Below are positions 35,389 through 45,472 of a DNA stretch of 64,000 nucleotides, piece by piece. Source of the stretch: an uncultured Altererythrobacter sp. GTDB taxonomy: Bacteria; Pseudomonadota; Alphaproteobacteria; Sphingomonadales; Sphingomonadaceae. The stretch covers positions 120,959 to 184,958 of the forward strand of contig CAJXJY010000007.1 of assembly GCA_913055875.1 (NCBI GenBank), read 5' to 3'. Numbering within the stretch: the first letter of the stretch is position 1; each line of letters opens with the position of its first letter. The notes under the pieces were generated by a model. The model did not search any database. It was not told where the DNA came from and saw only the letters and a program-made list of their open reading frames with translations. The position numbers and the translations under genes were made by a program.

Positions 35389-36804
35389 TCAGACTGGTGC
35401 GAAACTGGCCCGCGTGAGCCGCGGCAGCAGCGCCAGTTGCAGCAGCGCGCGCACCACCAGGAACAGCAGGAAGCTCAGCCACAAACCGAAATTGCCGAGC
35501 GGCCAGGTCAGCCACAGGCTCGCGGCGAACACGGCAGCCGAGCCGAGCATCGTCAGCAGCAGCGCGCGCGTCCAGCTCGCCCCGACGAACGCGCCGTCGA
35601 AGATGAAGCCCGCCACGCCGGCAAAGGGAATGATGCACAGGAACAGCGCGTGGCGCTGCGCCTCGCGCGCAACCGCGTCGGTCGCGGCGAAGCTGGCGAG
35701 CACCGGGTCGGCGAACAGCAGGAAGCCGAGCGCCACCAGCGCGGCGGCGCCGAAGCCGCGCCACATGATCGCGCGCAGATAGGCGGTGAAGCCGGGGCGG
35801 TCCTTCGCCCCGAAGCGTTCGCCGTTCAGCACCTGCGCTGCGTTCTCGAACCCGTCGAGCAGCAGCGCGGTGAAGACGAACAGCTGGTAGATGATTCCGT
35901 TTGCCGCCAGCACCACCGCGCCGCGCTCCGCGCTGAGGCGAGTGATCGCGGCGAGCGCCACCATCAGCACCACCGTGCGCAGGAAAAGGTCGCGATTGAC
36001 GCTCAGGAACGGGCGCAATGCGGCCCAGCCGAGATTGGTCCGGTTGCGCAGCCCCGCGGCGATGTCGCGCCGCACCCGCCCGCGCATCACGAACAGGCCG
36101 ACCGCCGCCAGCTTGGCGTATTCGGCGATGAAGCTCGACCAGCCGACCCCGGCGATGCCCATGTCGAGCCCGAGCACGAACCACAGGCCGAGCCCGACAT
36201 TGAGCAGATTGTAGGCGACCTCGAACAGCAGCACGGCGGTCATTTGCCGCCGTCCGACGAGGAAGCCGATCAGCGCAAGGTTGAGCATCACCCCCGGCGC
36301 AGTCCAGTAGCGGATCTCCGCATAGATGCGAGCCGCGCCGAGCACCTCGCCTTCCGCCCCCAGCGCGCCCAGTAGTGCGGGCAGCAGCAGCGGCTTTGCC
36401 AGCAGCAGCAACAGTGCGATCGTCAGTCCGATGGCGATCCCGCGCAGCAATGTTGCCGCCTGTTCCGCCGGTCCGTCGCGCGTCCCGGCCTGCGCCACCA
36501 GCCCGGTGGTGCCGGTCTTGAGGAAGTTCATCACCGTGAACAGCACGGCGAACAGCCGCGCGCCGACATCGACCGCGCCCTGCGTCGCCGCGTCCTCGAG
36601 CCGCCCGACGATCCACATGTCGCCGATCCCGATCAGCGCGGTGGCGACATTGGTCAGCATCGCAGGCAGCGCGATCGCCCAGATGGCGCGTGTGTCGAGA
36701 GACGGTTTTGCGGGGGCTGAAATGAGCGTTGCTCCTTGCCTCCTCCCGCGCTTGCGCTTGGGAGTTTTTCGGCCGGAACCATCCTCCGGATGGTTCCGAG
36801 TCAC
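35389..36804 (-). CDS. MATE family efflux transporter
   Basis: 12-TM profile, IWAIALPAMLTNV...GIGDMWIVG start of the MATE core. Start uncertain: GTG 36804 abuts the tRNA, and a strong internal SD is followed by no canonical start (see finding). Confidence 0.8.
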   Translation of the reverse strand: MTRNHPEDGSGRKTPKRKRGRRQGATLISAPAKPSLDTRAIWAIALPAMLTNVATALIGIGDMWIVGRLEDAATQGAVDVGARLFAVLFTVMNFLKTGTTGLVAQAGTRDGPAEQAATLLRGIAIGLTIALLLLLAKPLLLPALLGALGAEGEVLGAARIYAEIRYWTAPGVMLNLALIGFLVGRRQMTAVLLFEVAYNLLNVGLGLWFVLGLDMGIAGVGWSSFIAEYAKLAAVGLFVMRGRVRRDIAAGLRNRTNLGWAALRPFLSVNRDLFLRTVVLMVALAAITRLSAERGAVVLAANGIIYQLFVFTALLLDGFENAAQVLNGERFGAKDRPGFTAYLRAIMWRGFGAAALVALGFLLFADPVLASFAATDAVAREAQRHALFLCIIPFAGVAGFIFDGAFVGASWTRALLLTMLGSAAVFAASLWLTWPLGNFGLWLSFLLFLVVRALLQLALLPRLTRASFAPV

Positions 36805-36811
36805 GAAAAAC

Positions 36812-36888
<77 letters not shown>

Positions 36889-36914
36889 ACTATGATGGCG
36901 TCTCGGACATCCGG

Positions 36915-36988
36915 TGGGCCCGGCAGGACTCGAACCCGCGACCTAGCCGTTATGAGCGGCCAGCTCTAACCAACTGAGCTACAGGCCC
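36915..36988 (-). tRNA. tRNA with anticodon CAT (elongator Met or lysidine-modified Ile2)
   Basis: GGGCCTG acceptor, loop CTCATAA, TTCGAGT T-loop, CCA not encoded. Lacks initiator features. Met versus Ile2 cannot be decided by eye. Confidence 0.85.
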
Positions 36989-37062
36989 CTGGATGCCGTT
37001 CGGCGCGGTGCGGACTAGCTTGCCGCATCGCACAGGGCAAGCGGGGTTTCGCGCGCGCCGCG

Positions 37063-38070
37063 TCAGCGTTCGACCACGTGCAGGATTTCCCCAATGGTGG
37101 TGGGTGCGACGCCGAGCTTGCCGAGATAGCCGATCGCCCCACGCAGCCAGCGATAGAGTTCGGCCACGTCGTCCTCGTCCTCGACATAGGGGGTATGGCC
37201 CGGGGCCAGCGACGGGCTGTGGAACGACAGCACGATCACCGGCAATTCGTCGTCGATCGCTATATCGATGCCGCGGATCGCCTCGGGCAGGTCCACTCCC
37301 TCGGGCGTCAGCGCGACCCGTTCGAGCATGGCGGTGCGCGACAGCACGCCGGGCAGGTGCGGGATACGCTCGGCAAGCGGGTGCAGCAGCCGCCCCTGCT
37401 TGCGCAGCATGCCCCAGAAGACCGTCGTGACGGGCAGTTCGAGCAGGTCGTGTGCGGCGTCGATCCAATAGGGTTCGAGCGGGTGGCGGCTGTAGTCGGG
37501 CCCGTGCCCCGCGCTGTAATCGAAATGGCTGCGTACCGAAGTATCGACCGCGATGCCCGCCTCGCGCAGAATCTCCGTAGTGCGGGGGCCGAGCCCGTAG
37601 CGCCCGGCGCGATAGCTGCGCGGCGCGGCGCCGAAATTCCGCTCGATCGCGTCGCGCAACCGCAGCAGTTTCTCGCGCTCGAGTTCGAACGGCAAATTGC
37701 CCGCGAAACTGTTGCGGACGTTCACCTGTTCGAGATGCGGCGGGTTCACCCACGGATGGAGCTGGACGCCGATTTCCGCCTTGCCCGCTGCGATCGCGGG
37801 GGCGAGAATCTCCGCCGCTTCGGGCGAGGTCGCGATCGGCCAGTCGACGAGGTAGAGCGGCGAGACGCCGAGATCCTCGCAAAAATCCTGGAAGGTGCGC
37901 AAACGCGGCACGTGATCGAGCCCGTAGCCGGTTGCGCTGAAATCGCCTTCCCAGTCGAACTCCTCCTCGGTGTCGACCGTCAGTAGCACGCGCTGGCCGA
38001 ACCCTTCCGCGAAGCCCGCGCGGGCGGTCTTGTCGGGCGGTGTGAGCATCGAGGCAGCCACGGCGCGCAT
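37063..38070 (-). CDS. Polysaccharide deacetylase family protein (WalW-like)
   Basis: LLTVDTEEEFDW...HPW pattern. The start may be the ATG at 38049. Confidence 0.6.
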   Translation of the reverse strand: MRAVAASMLTPPDKTARAGFAEGFGQRVLLTVDTEEEFDWEGDFSATGYGLDHVPRLRTFQDFCEDLGVSPLYLVDWPIATSPEAAEILAPAIAAGKAEIGVQLHPWVNPPHLEQVNVRNSFAGNLPFELEREKLLRLRDAIERNFGAAPRSYRAGRYGLGPRTTEILREAGIAVDTSVRSHFDYSAGHGPDYSRHPLEPYWIDAAHDLLELPVTTVFWGMLRKQGRLLHPLAERIPHLPGVLSRTAMLERVALTPEGVDLPEAIRGIDIAIDDELPVIVLSFHSPSLAPGHTPYVEDEDDVAELYRWLRGAIGYLGKLGVAPTTIGEILHVVER

Positions 38071-38104
38071 CGTCTCCGTTGCGGGGAGCGGCGCTGCCGG
38101 ATCG

Positions 38105-39787
38105 TCAACCGGCGTCGCCTTCTCCTGTCTGTTCGCCGTCAGCGCTAGGAAGCGCCGAAGTGCCGGTCAAGAGCGGCAGGACGAGCAGTATACAATCGTC
38201 GACGCGCGCCAGCGAGCCGCCCGCCGCCAGCGCCTCGGCGCGGGCGAGCCGCAGCGAGAAGCCGGCGCCGAACACGCCCGCGCTGAGCGCGCCGCCCGGA
38301 GCTTTCGCCGTGGCTGCGAAAATATCCTTCTCCGATGCCAGCCGCGCCGGCAGTTCGCATTTGAGGATCGCCTCGCTCGGCGTGCAGTCGAGCGACAGGT
38401 CGAGTTGTTCGCCTGCACCCGTCGCTCCCGCAAATGTCGCCAGCACGCGCCACACGAGCGTCTCGCTGTCGGCCGGAGCCAGCCCGATCGGGCAGGGGGA
38501 GCCGGGGAGCTTGCAATCGAACCCGGCCATGCGCGGCTCGAGCACGCCCTGCAACTGCCCGGCAATCCGCTCGACCGTGGCCGCAAAATCGGTTTCGCCG
38601 CGTTCGGGCTCTAGCGCGCCGGTTTCGAGCCGCGACAACCGGTCGAGTTCGTCGAACCCGGCGAGAATGCGCGCGCTGTCCGAAGCGATCGAGGCGGCGA
38701 GCGCGCGATATTCGTGCGGGGCGGGGCCGAACAGCTGCTGCTGGATGACTTCGGCGAAACCCTGGATCGCGTTCACCGGGGTGCGCAATTCGTGCAGCAG
38801 CTGGCGGATGCGCGCAGATTCCGCAGCCGCGGAATCCTCGATCCCGTCTCGCTGTGCTTCACCGGCACGCCGGAAACGCCCGGCATAGCCTGCGAACTGG
38901 CCCCCGGCCGGCAGGAATCGCGGGCTCGCCTCGACATTCCACCGCCCGGCTACCGCGGGTGCGCCGCGCAGTTCGACGGCGGCGCCCCGCAGCGGCTGGC
39001 GTTGTGCGAACGTCCGCGAGATATCCCCTTCGTTTGCGGTCAGCGAAGTGCCGACGATTGCTGCGGCGATGGCCGGTTCTGCCCAGTCGATCCGACCGTT
39101 TCCGTCGGCGGTGAAGGCGAATTGCGCGGGCGGCGGGCGATCGGCTTCGCCCAGCGGCAGCCGTGGTGCTGCGGGATCGGTGTGTGCGGCGCTGCGTGTA
39201 CGCTGGAATTGCTCGATCCGCTTGACCAGCGCGCCTATCTCCAGCTCTTCGGGGTCGAGCCTGGAGGTGGGGTGGTCGGGCGGTTCCGGAATGTCCGGCT
39301 CGACCTCGCCAGCGGAGGGCTCGTGCGCGTCTTCCTGCTCGACGGCGGGTTCGGGCAATCCGCGATCGTGTACCCCGAGCCGGTCGAGCACCGCCAGCGC
39401 GCGTTCGGGCAGGTCCTTGCGCAGGCGCAGGAAACCGCGCGCGCGGATCGGCAGGCGCGGGATCAGCGCTTCCCAGTCGTCTTCGGGAAGCCGCACCTTG
39501 GCCAGCGCTGCGGCGGCGACCTCGGGCTCGTCCTCGGCGAGATGCGCTGCGAGCTCGGCATTGCCGATCCTGACCGAGGGATCGCGCAGCATCGCCGCGC
39601 GCTCGACCGCAGGGACCATCCCGCCCAGCGCCCCGAGCCGCAGCCACGCCGCAGCCACCAGGCTCGGGTCGCGCACTTCGCGTGGCCGGTCGAGCAGGTC
39701 GACCAGCTGGCGGAATTGCGTGCGCGCCGCACGCGGGCCCGAGGCACGGTGGCGCAATACGGTGGCGAGGCGGTCGTCGAATTGCAT
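38105..39787 (-). CDS. Soluble histidine-kinase-like protein with HisKA H-box and divergent ATPase domain
   Basis: H-box LLHELRTPVNAIQGFAEVI, G2-like GAGFSLRLARAEALAAGGSL. No clear N or G1 (DxGxG) boxes and no TM segment. Confidence 0.65.
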   Translation of the reverse strand: MQFDDRLATVLRHRASGPRAARTQFRQLVDLLDRPREVRDPSLVAAAWLRLGALGGMVPAVERAAMLRDPSVRIGNAELAAHLAEDEPEVAAAALAKVRLPEDDWEALIPRLPIRARGFLRLRKDLPERALAVLDRLGVHDRGLPEPAVEQEDAHEPSAGEVEPDIPEPPDHPTSRLDPEELEIGALVKRIEQFQRTRSAAHTDPAAPRLPLGEADRPPPAQFAFTADGNGRIDWAEPAIAAAIVGTSLTANEGDISRTFAQRQPLRGAAVELRGAPAVAGRWNVEASPRFLPAGGQFAGYAGRFRRAGEAQRDGIEDSAAAESARIRQLLHELRTPVNAIQGFAEVIQQQLFGPAPHEYRALAASIASDSARILAGFDELDRLSRLETGALEPERGETDFAATVERIAGQLQGVLEPRMAGFDCKLPGSPCPIGLAPADSETLVWRVLATFAGATGAGEQLDLSLDCTPSEAILKCELPARLASEKDIFAATAKAPGGALSAGVFGAGFSLRLARAEALAAGGSLARVDDCILLVLPLLTGTSALPSADGEQTGEGDAG

Positions 39788-40012
39788 CGAGACTTGCAGA
39801 ATCTCCGGCGCGGAATAGCTGCGAGGGGAGCAGCTTCTCAGCACAGGTTCCTAGCACTTGCCCAGTGGTGCCGGAGGCGTCGTGCACAGTGCGTTGCAAA
39901 GCGGGACAATTGCTGGCAAGAACAATAATATTAGCCGCGTATGGTGGGGCGCGCGACTTTCGTTGCCGAATAACGGCAATATTGCTCAACGGACTGTTCT
40001 GGGGGCCAGCAT

Positions 40013-40477
40013 ATGTCCAACCTTGACCAGATCGACCGGCGGCTCCTCGCGGAATTGCAGGCGGAGGGCCGCATCACCAATGTCGAACTCGCGCAGCGCG
40101 TCGGGCTGACCGCGCCGCCGTGCCTGCGGCGGGTGCGCTCGCTCGAGGAAGACGGCGTGATCCGCGGCTATCATGCCGAACTCGACGCGGCCAAGCTCGG
40201 CTTCGCGATCACCGTGTTCGCGATGGTCAGCCTCAAGAGCCAGGCCGAGGATTCGCTGCGCGAATTCGAGCACGCGATGCACGATCTTGCCGAAGTGCGC
40301 GAAGTGCACATGCTCAACGGCGAGATCGACTTCATCCTCAAGGTGGTGAGCCGCGACCTGCAGAGCTTCCAGGAATTCCTCACCAGCAAGCTGACACCGG
40401 CGCCGAACGTGGCGAGCGTGAAGACCAGCCTGACCATCCGGACCAGCAAGCACGAGCCGGGTGTGCCGCTGGAGTAG
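40013..40477 (+). CDS. lrp: Lrp/AsnC family transcriptional regulator
   Basis: LDQIDRRLLAELQAEGRITNVELAQRVGLTAPPCLRRVR plus a RAM domain. Confidence 0.9.
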   Translation: MSNLDQIDRRLLAELQAEGRITNVELAQRVGLTAPPCLRRVRSLEEDGVIRGYHAELDAAKLGFAITVFAMVSLKSQAEDSLREFEHAMHDLAEVREVHMLNGEIDFILKVVSRDLQSFQEFLTSKLTPAPNVASVKTSLTIRTSKHEPGVPLE

Positions 40478-40491
40478 AGATCGGGCCCCTT

Positions 40492-40872
40492 ATGAATATC
40501 GAGGGCGCGACGTTCTCCGAGCTGCGAGAAATGCCTCTCGAGGATGTCGATGCTTTGCTTCGGTTCGGCGATCCGATCACGTTCCGGATGGGCACAGCGT
40601 CAATTCTGGCGGAGTTCAATCGCTTAGACGATGAGCTTCAGGTCAATCTTGCTCATATAGATGGCGGCGGCGAGGGCGTGCTGGTGCGTCTTTGGAAGCT
40701 GATCGAGACGTACGCGAGACAGCGCGAATACAATGCAATCGCCTGGAGTGTTCACGCACTGACTTGTGCCGAGCCAAATCCGCGGTTGCAGGAGTTCCTT
40801 CAAGCTAAGGGATTCAAGCAATTCGACGACGGCACTCACGGCCCTGTTCTTCACTTCAGGCAAGCACTTTAG
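40492..40872 (+). CDS. Hypothetical protein, lower-GC gene 14 nt after lrp
   Basis: 126 aa. Codon third positions are not GC-biased, unlike the neighbours. No family recognised. Confidence 0.5.
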   Translation: MNIEGATFSELREMPLEDVDALLRFGDPITFRMGTASILAEFNRLDDELQVNLAHIDGGGEGVLVRLWKLIETYARQREYNAIAWSVHALTCAEPNPRLQEFLQAKGFKQFDDGTHGPVLHFRQAL

Positions 40873-40904
40873 CTGCCGCGATCAAGCCCATTCCCGGGCA
40901 AGAC

Positions 40905-42254
<1,350 letters not shown>

Positions 42255-42257
42255 GGC

Positions 42258-42755
42258 TTACGAAAGAACGACGAGCGGCTGGTCGAACTCGACCGGCTGG
42301 GCGTTGTCGACCAGGATCGCCTTGACCGTGCCGGATTTGTCGGCGGAGATCGGGTTCATCACCTTCATCGCCTCGACGATCAGCAGCGTGTCGCCTTCCT
42401 TGACGCTGTCGCCGACCTTGACGAAATCGTCCGCGCCGGGTTCGGGGGCGAGATAGACGGTGCCGACCATCGGCGACTTGATCGCGCCGGCATGGTCCTC
42501 TGCCGGCTGGGCGGGCTCGCCCGGGGCGGGTGCGGGCGCCGGGGCTGGAGCGACCGGAGCCGCCGCCGGGGCGGGCGCGGCGACCGGGGCCGCGGCGACC
42601 GCGCCGCCGCGCGAGACCTTGATCTTGCGATCTCCGTCTTCGACTTCGATTTCGGTCAGCCCGGTCTCGCCGAGCAGTTCGGCCAGCTCGCGCACGAGTT
42701 TGGTATCGACATTCATGCCGGACTTACGCCCGGCAGCGCCCTTTGTTTCGGCCAT
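42258..42755 (-). CDS. accB: Acetyl-CoA carboxylase biotin carboxyl carrier protein
   Basis: Pro/Ala linker and EAMKVMN biotinyl-Lys motif. The start may be the ATG at 42716. Confidence 0.92.
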   Translation of the reverse strand: MAETKGAAGRKSGMNVDTKLVRELAELLGETGLTEIEVEDGDRKIKVSRGGAVAAAPVAAPAPAAAPVAPAPAPAPAPGEPAQPAEDHAGAIKSPMVGTVYLAPEPGADDFVKVGDSVKEGDTLLIVEAMKVMNPISADKSGTVKAILVDNAQPVEFDQPLVVLS

Positions 42756-42832
42756 AAATGCCCCTTGTCTGCCTCAAGCGCCCGCCTATGCGCGGCTGGC
42801 GCGGGGCTGGCAAGGGGTTGGAAGGCGGAAAA

Positions 42833-43279
42833 TCAGAATTCCGCTACGGCATCGAGCGCGATCAGATAGCTCTTCGCGCCGTGCCCCTCGACCGTCTTCA
42901 CCGCGGCGAGGCCGACATAGGAGTGGTGACGAAATTCCTCGCGCTGCCTGGGATCGGACAGGTGCACCTCGATCACCGGCGTGCGGATCGACAGAATCGC
43001 ATCGTGCAGCGCGACCGAGGTATGCGTGTAGCCGCCCGCATTGAGCAGCACCGCGCGCGCACCCTCCGCCTGCGCCTCGTGCAGCCAGTCGATCAGGTGT
43101 CCCTCGTGGTTCGACTGGCGCATGTCGACTTCCAACCCGAGCTCGCGCGCGCGATCCTCGAGCATGCCGGCGATATCGTCGAGCGTGTCGGAGCCGTAGA
43201 TTTCCGGCTCGCGCAGCCCGAGCAGGTTGAGATTGGGCCCGTTGAGGACGTAGACGGTGTCGGTGATCGGTACGGACAT
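42833..43279 (-). CDS. aroQ: Type II 3-dehydroquinate dehydratase
   Basis: [19 protein letters not shown]...QSNHEG signature. Confidence 0.93.
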   Translation of the reverse strand: MSVPITDTVYVLNGPNLNLLGLREPEIYGSDTLDDIAGMLEDRARELGLEVDMRQSNHEGHLIDWLHEAQAEGARAVLLNAGGYTHTSVALHDAILSIRTPVIEVHLSDPRQREEFRHHSYVGLAAVKTVEGHGAKSYLIALDAVAEF

Positions 43280-43330
43280 GCGAACTATCTAGCGGAGGGC
43301 GCGGTCATCTGAAAACCCGTTCATCGGCAG

Positions 43331-43399
43331 CCCGTTCGTGTCGAGCGCAGTCGAGGCACCTTGCCGATAGGCCTCTCGACTTCGCTCGAGGCGAACGGG
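43331..43399. repeat. Palindromic REP-like element (variant of the 32660 family)
   Basis: CCCGTTCGTGTCGAGCGCAGTCGAGGC at 43331-43357 and GCCTCTCGACTTCGCTCGAGGCGAACGGG at 43371-43399, imperfect arms. Confidence 0.7.
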
Positions 43400-43405
43400 A
43401 AAGCA

Positions 43406-43819
43406 TTATTTGTCCACCCCCTTGACCTTCCCCCATTGCCGCGCGGCGGTGTAGCCAAGATAGCCGGTCCCGAACAGCGCGTAGAGCGGTTCGGGCAGGC
43501 CGTTGAGATAGGCGTTCATGCCCGCGGCGATGTCCTTCGCGACCGGCGGGTTGAAGGCTGCGAGCACGCCCATCGGCAGCGCGAACAGTAGCAGCGTGTA
43601 CATCACATAGAGGAAGCTCGGCCGTGCGCGGCTGGTCCAGGGGTCGTTGCTGTTGGCCTCGGCCACGATCGCCGACAGCCGCGCTTCGATCTGCGCGAGG
43701 TCCTGCGACCCTTCGAGCCGGAGCAGTTCGAGCTTGGCCTTGGCGCGCGCTTCCTTGTCGGGGATGATCTTGTCGATAATCGAGGAAATCGGGCCGATAA
43801 GCGATTCGAGTAGGGGCAT
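43406..43819 (-). CDS. 3TM holin of the gene-transfer-release type (GTA/phage holin)
   Basis: MPLLESLIGPISSIIDKIIPDKEARAKAKLELLRLE..., then hydrophobic segments and a basic tail. Matches my recollection of that Pfam family. Confidence 0.7.
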   Translation of the reverse strand: MPLLESLIGPISSIIDKIIPDKEARAKAKLELLRLEGSQDLAQIEARLSAIVAEANSNDPWTSRARPSFLYVMYTLLLFALPMGVLAAFNPPVAKDIAAGMNAYLNGLPEPLYALFGTGYLGYTAARQWGKVKGVDK

Positions 43820-43862
43820 GATGCGCGCTCCGATTGCGAGTCGCGAGATATATAACCAAAAT

Positions 43863-43890
43863 GGTTATTGTAGGAAAATGAAAAATCCTA
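43863..43890. promoter_or_regulatory. 26-nt AT-rich promoter/operator box upstream of the holin
   Basis: The reverse complement of 43863-43888 (GGATTTTTCATTTTCCTACAATAACC) matches 49836-49861 at 24/26 positions. Contains TACAAT. TAGGA 43871-43875 and TCCTA 43886-43890 form an inverted pair. Confidence 0.65.
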
Positions 43891-44778
43891 TTCGGAAAGT
43901 CCGGCGTCGGCCAGCAGCGCCTGCGCCAGCTTCAGATGCGGCAAGTCTACCATCGCCCCGTCGAGCCCGACCGTGCCCGCGCCCGGATTGTCCGCGAAGG
44001 CGGCGATCACGCGGCGGGCATGGGCGATCTCCTCCTCGCCAGGGGTGAAGGCTTCGTTGATCACCGGCACCTGCGCGGGGTGGATCGCGAGCATGCCGCG
44101 ATAGCCCTGGCCGCGCACCATCGCCGCGCGTTCGCGCAGACCATCGAGGTCGCGGAAATCGGGCATCACCGTCTCGACCGGCATCACGCCCGCCGCGACC
44201 GCGCCGAGCAGGCACAGGCTGCGCGCGAGCTCGTAGGTCGGCATGTAGCCGCCGTCGGCCCGGTGCTGGACGCGCGCGCCGAGCGCCGAGGACAGGTCCT
44301 CCGCACCCCAGCTCATCGCCACCAGCCGCGGTGCGCCCTCGTAATCGCCGGTACGGAACATGGCCTTGGGGGTTTCCGTCACCAGCGCAGCGACCCTGGT
44401 CGCGCCCGGCCCGATGCCGTTGACCGCTTCGAGATCGATCAGCATTTCGTCGAGCGCCGCGACATCCTCGCGCCCTTCGGCCTTGGGCAGGAACAGCCCG
44501 CCGGGCGCAGACGGCATGACCGCATCGAGATCGGCGCGCGTTTCGCCGCTCGACAGCGGGTTGACCCGCACCCACAGCCGCGCCCGGTCTTCGCGCGTGG
44601 CGAGGAATTGCGCCACCATTTCGCGCGCCGCGGGCTTGTTCTCGGGCATGACCGAATCTTCGAGGTCGAGCAGCACGATGTCCGCCTCGCCATCGGCGGC
44701 CTTGGCCATCTTGCGCTCGCTGTCGCCGGGGGCGAACAGCCAGCTGCGCATCTTGGTCGGTGTCTCGCGGGCGCTCAT
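43888..44778 (-). CDS. HpcH/HpaI aldolase / citrate lyase beta (CitE-like) family protein
   Basis: RSWLFAPGDSERKM.KA...ADIVLLDLEDSV signature. ATG at 44778, because the longer ORF runs through the tRNA. Confidence 0.85.
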   Translation of the reverse strand: MSARETPTKMRSWLFAPGDSERKMAKAADGEADIVLLDLEDSVMPENKPAAREMVAQFLATREDRARLWVRVNPLSSGETRADLDAVMPSAPGGLFLPKAEGREDVAALDEMLIDLEAVNGIGPGATRVAALVTETPKAMFRTGDYEGAPRLVAMSWGAEDLSSALGARVQHRADGGYMPTYELARSLCLLGAVAAGVMPVETVMPDFRDLDGLRERAAMVRGQGYRGMLAIHPAQVPVINEAFTPGEEEIAHARRVIAAFADNPGAGTVGLDGAMVDLPHLKLAQALLADAGLSE

Positions 44779-44849
44779 GAAAATTCTCCTCGCCGACCGG
44801 TTAGGGAGGCCGCGAGCAAGGCGCAATATCGCGAGGGAAACGAAGCCAC

Positions 44850-44926
44850 TGGTCGGGAAGACAGGATTCGAACCTGCGACCCCCACACCCCCAGTGTGAT
44901 GCGCTACCAGGCTGCGCTACTTCCCG
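44850..44926 (-). tRNA. tRNA-Pro (anticodon GGG)
   Basis: CGGGAAG acceptor, anticodon loop CTGGGGG, TTCGAAT T-loop, encoded CCA. 77 nt. Confidence 0.9.
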
Positions 44927-45132
44927 AGACCAGTGGAGGGCGGCGCTATAGGGCGGGGCGGTGTGGCTGGCAAGCATCGAAAACGGTGCATCGCCGTGCC
45001 GTTAGATTGCAGGGGCCTTGCATTGCTGCTAGGCGCGCCCACCTACTGCGAGGGGAGGCGAGCGGCGCGCGAAATCGCACTGCGACCGGCCCCGGCAGAT
45101 GCAACCCTCCAAGTCGAACAGGCTTTTGAAAC

Positions 45133-45453
45133 ATGCTCGAATTCCTCGCCGCCGCGGCCAATGCCGAAGCGCCGCCCGCATGGATGGGATGGCTGCCGAT
45201 CGTCGGCATGATCGCCATCTTCTGGTTCCTCATCATCCGCCCGCAGATGAAGCAGGCCAAGCAGCATCGCGAGAAGGTCGCCGGGCTCAAGAAGGGCGAC
45301 CAGGTCGTCACCCAGGGCGGCATCATGGGCAAGGTGACCAAGGTCGACGACAACTACGCCGACGTCGAGATCGCGCAGGGCGTGAAGGTCAAGGTGGTCA
45401 AGTCGACCATCGGCGACATCGTGCCCCCGGGCGGCACCGCGGCCAACGACTGA
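45133..45453 (+). CDS. yajC: Preprotein translocase subunit YajC
   Basis: IRPQMKQAKQHREKVAGLKKGDQVVTQGGIMGKV signature. Confidence 0.93.
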   Translation: MLEFLAAAANAEAPPAWMGWLPIVGMIAIFWFLIIRPQMKQAKQHREKVAGLKKGDQVVTQGGIMGKVTKVDDNYADVEIAQGVKVKVVKSTIGDIVPPGGTAAND

Positions 45454-45472
45454 CGCGAAGGGCGCACCGGCA

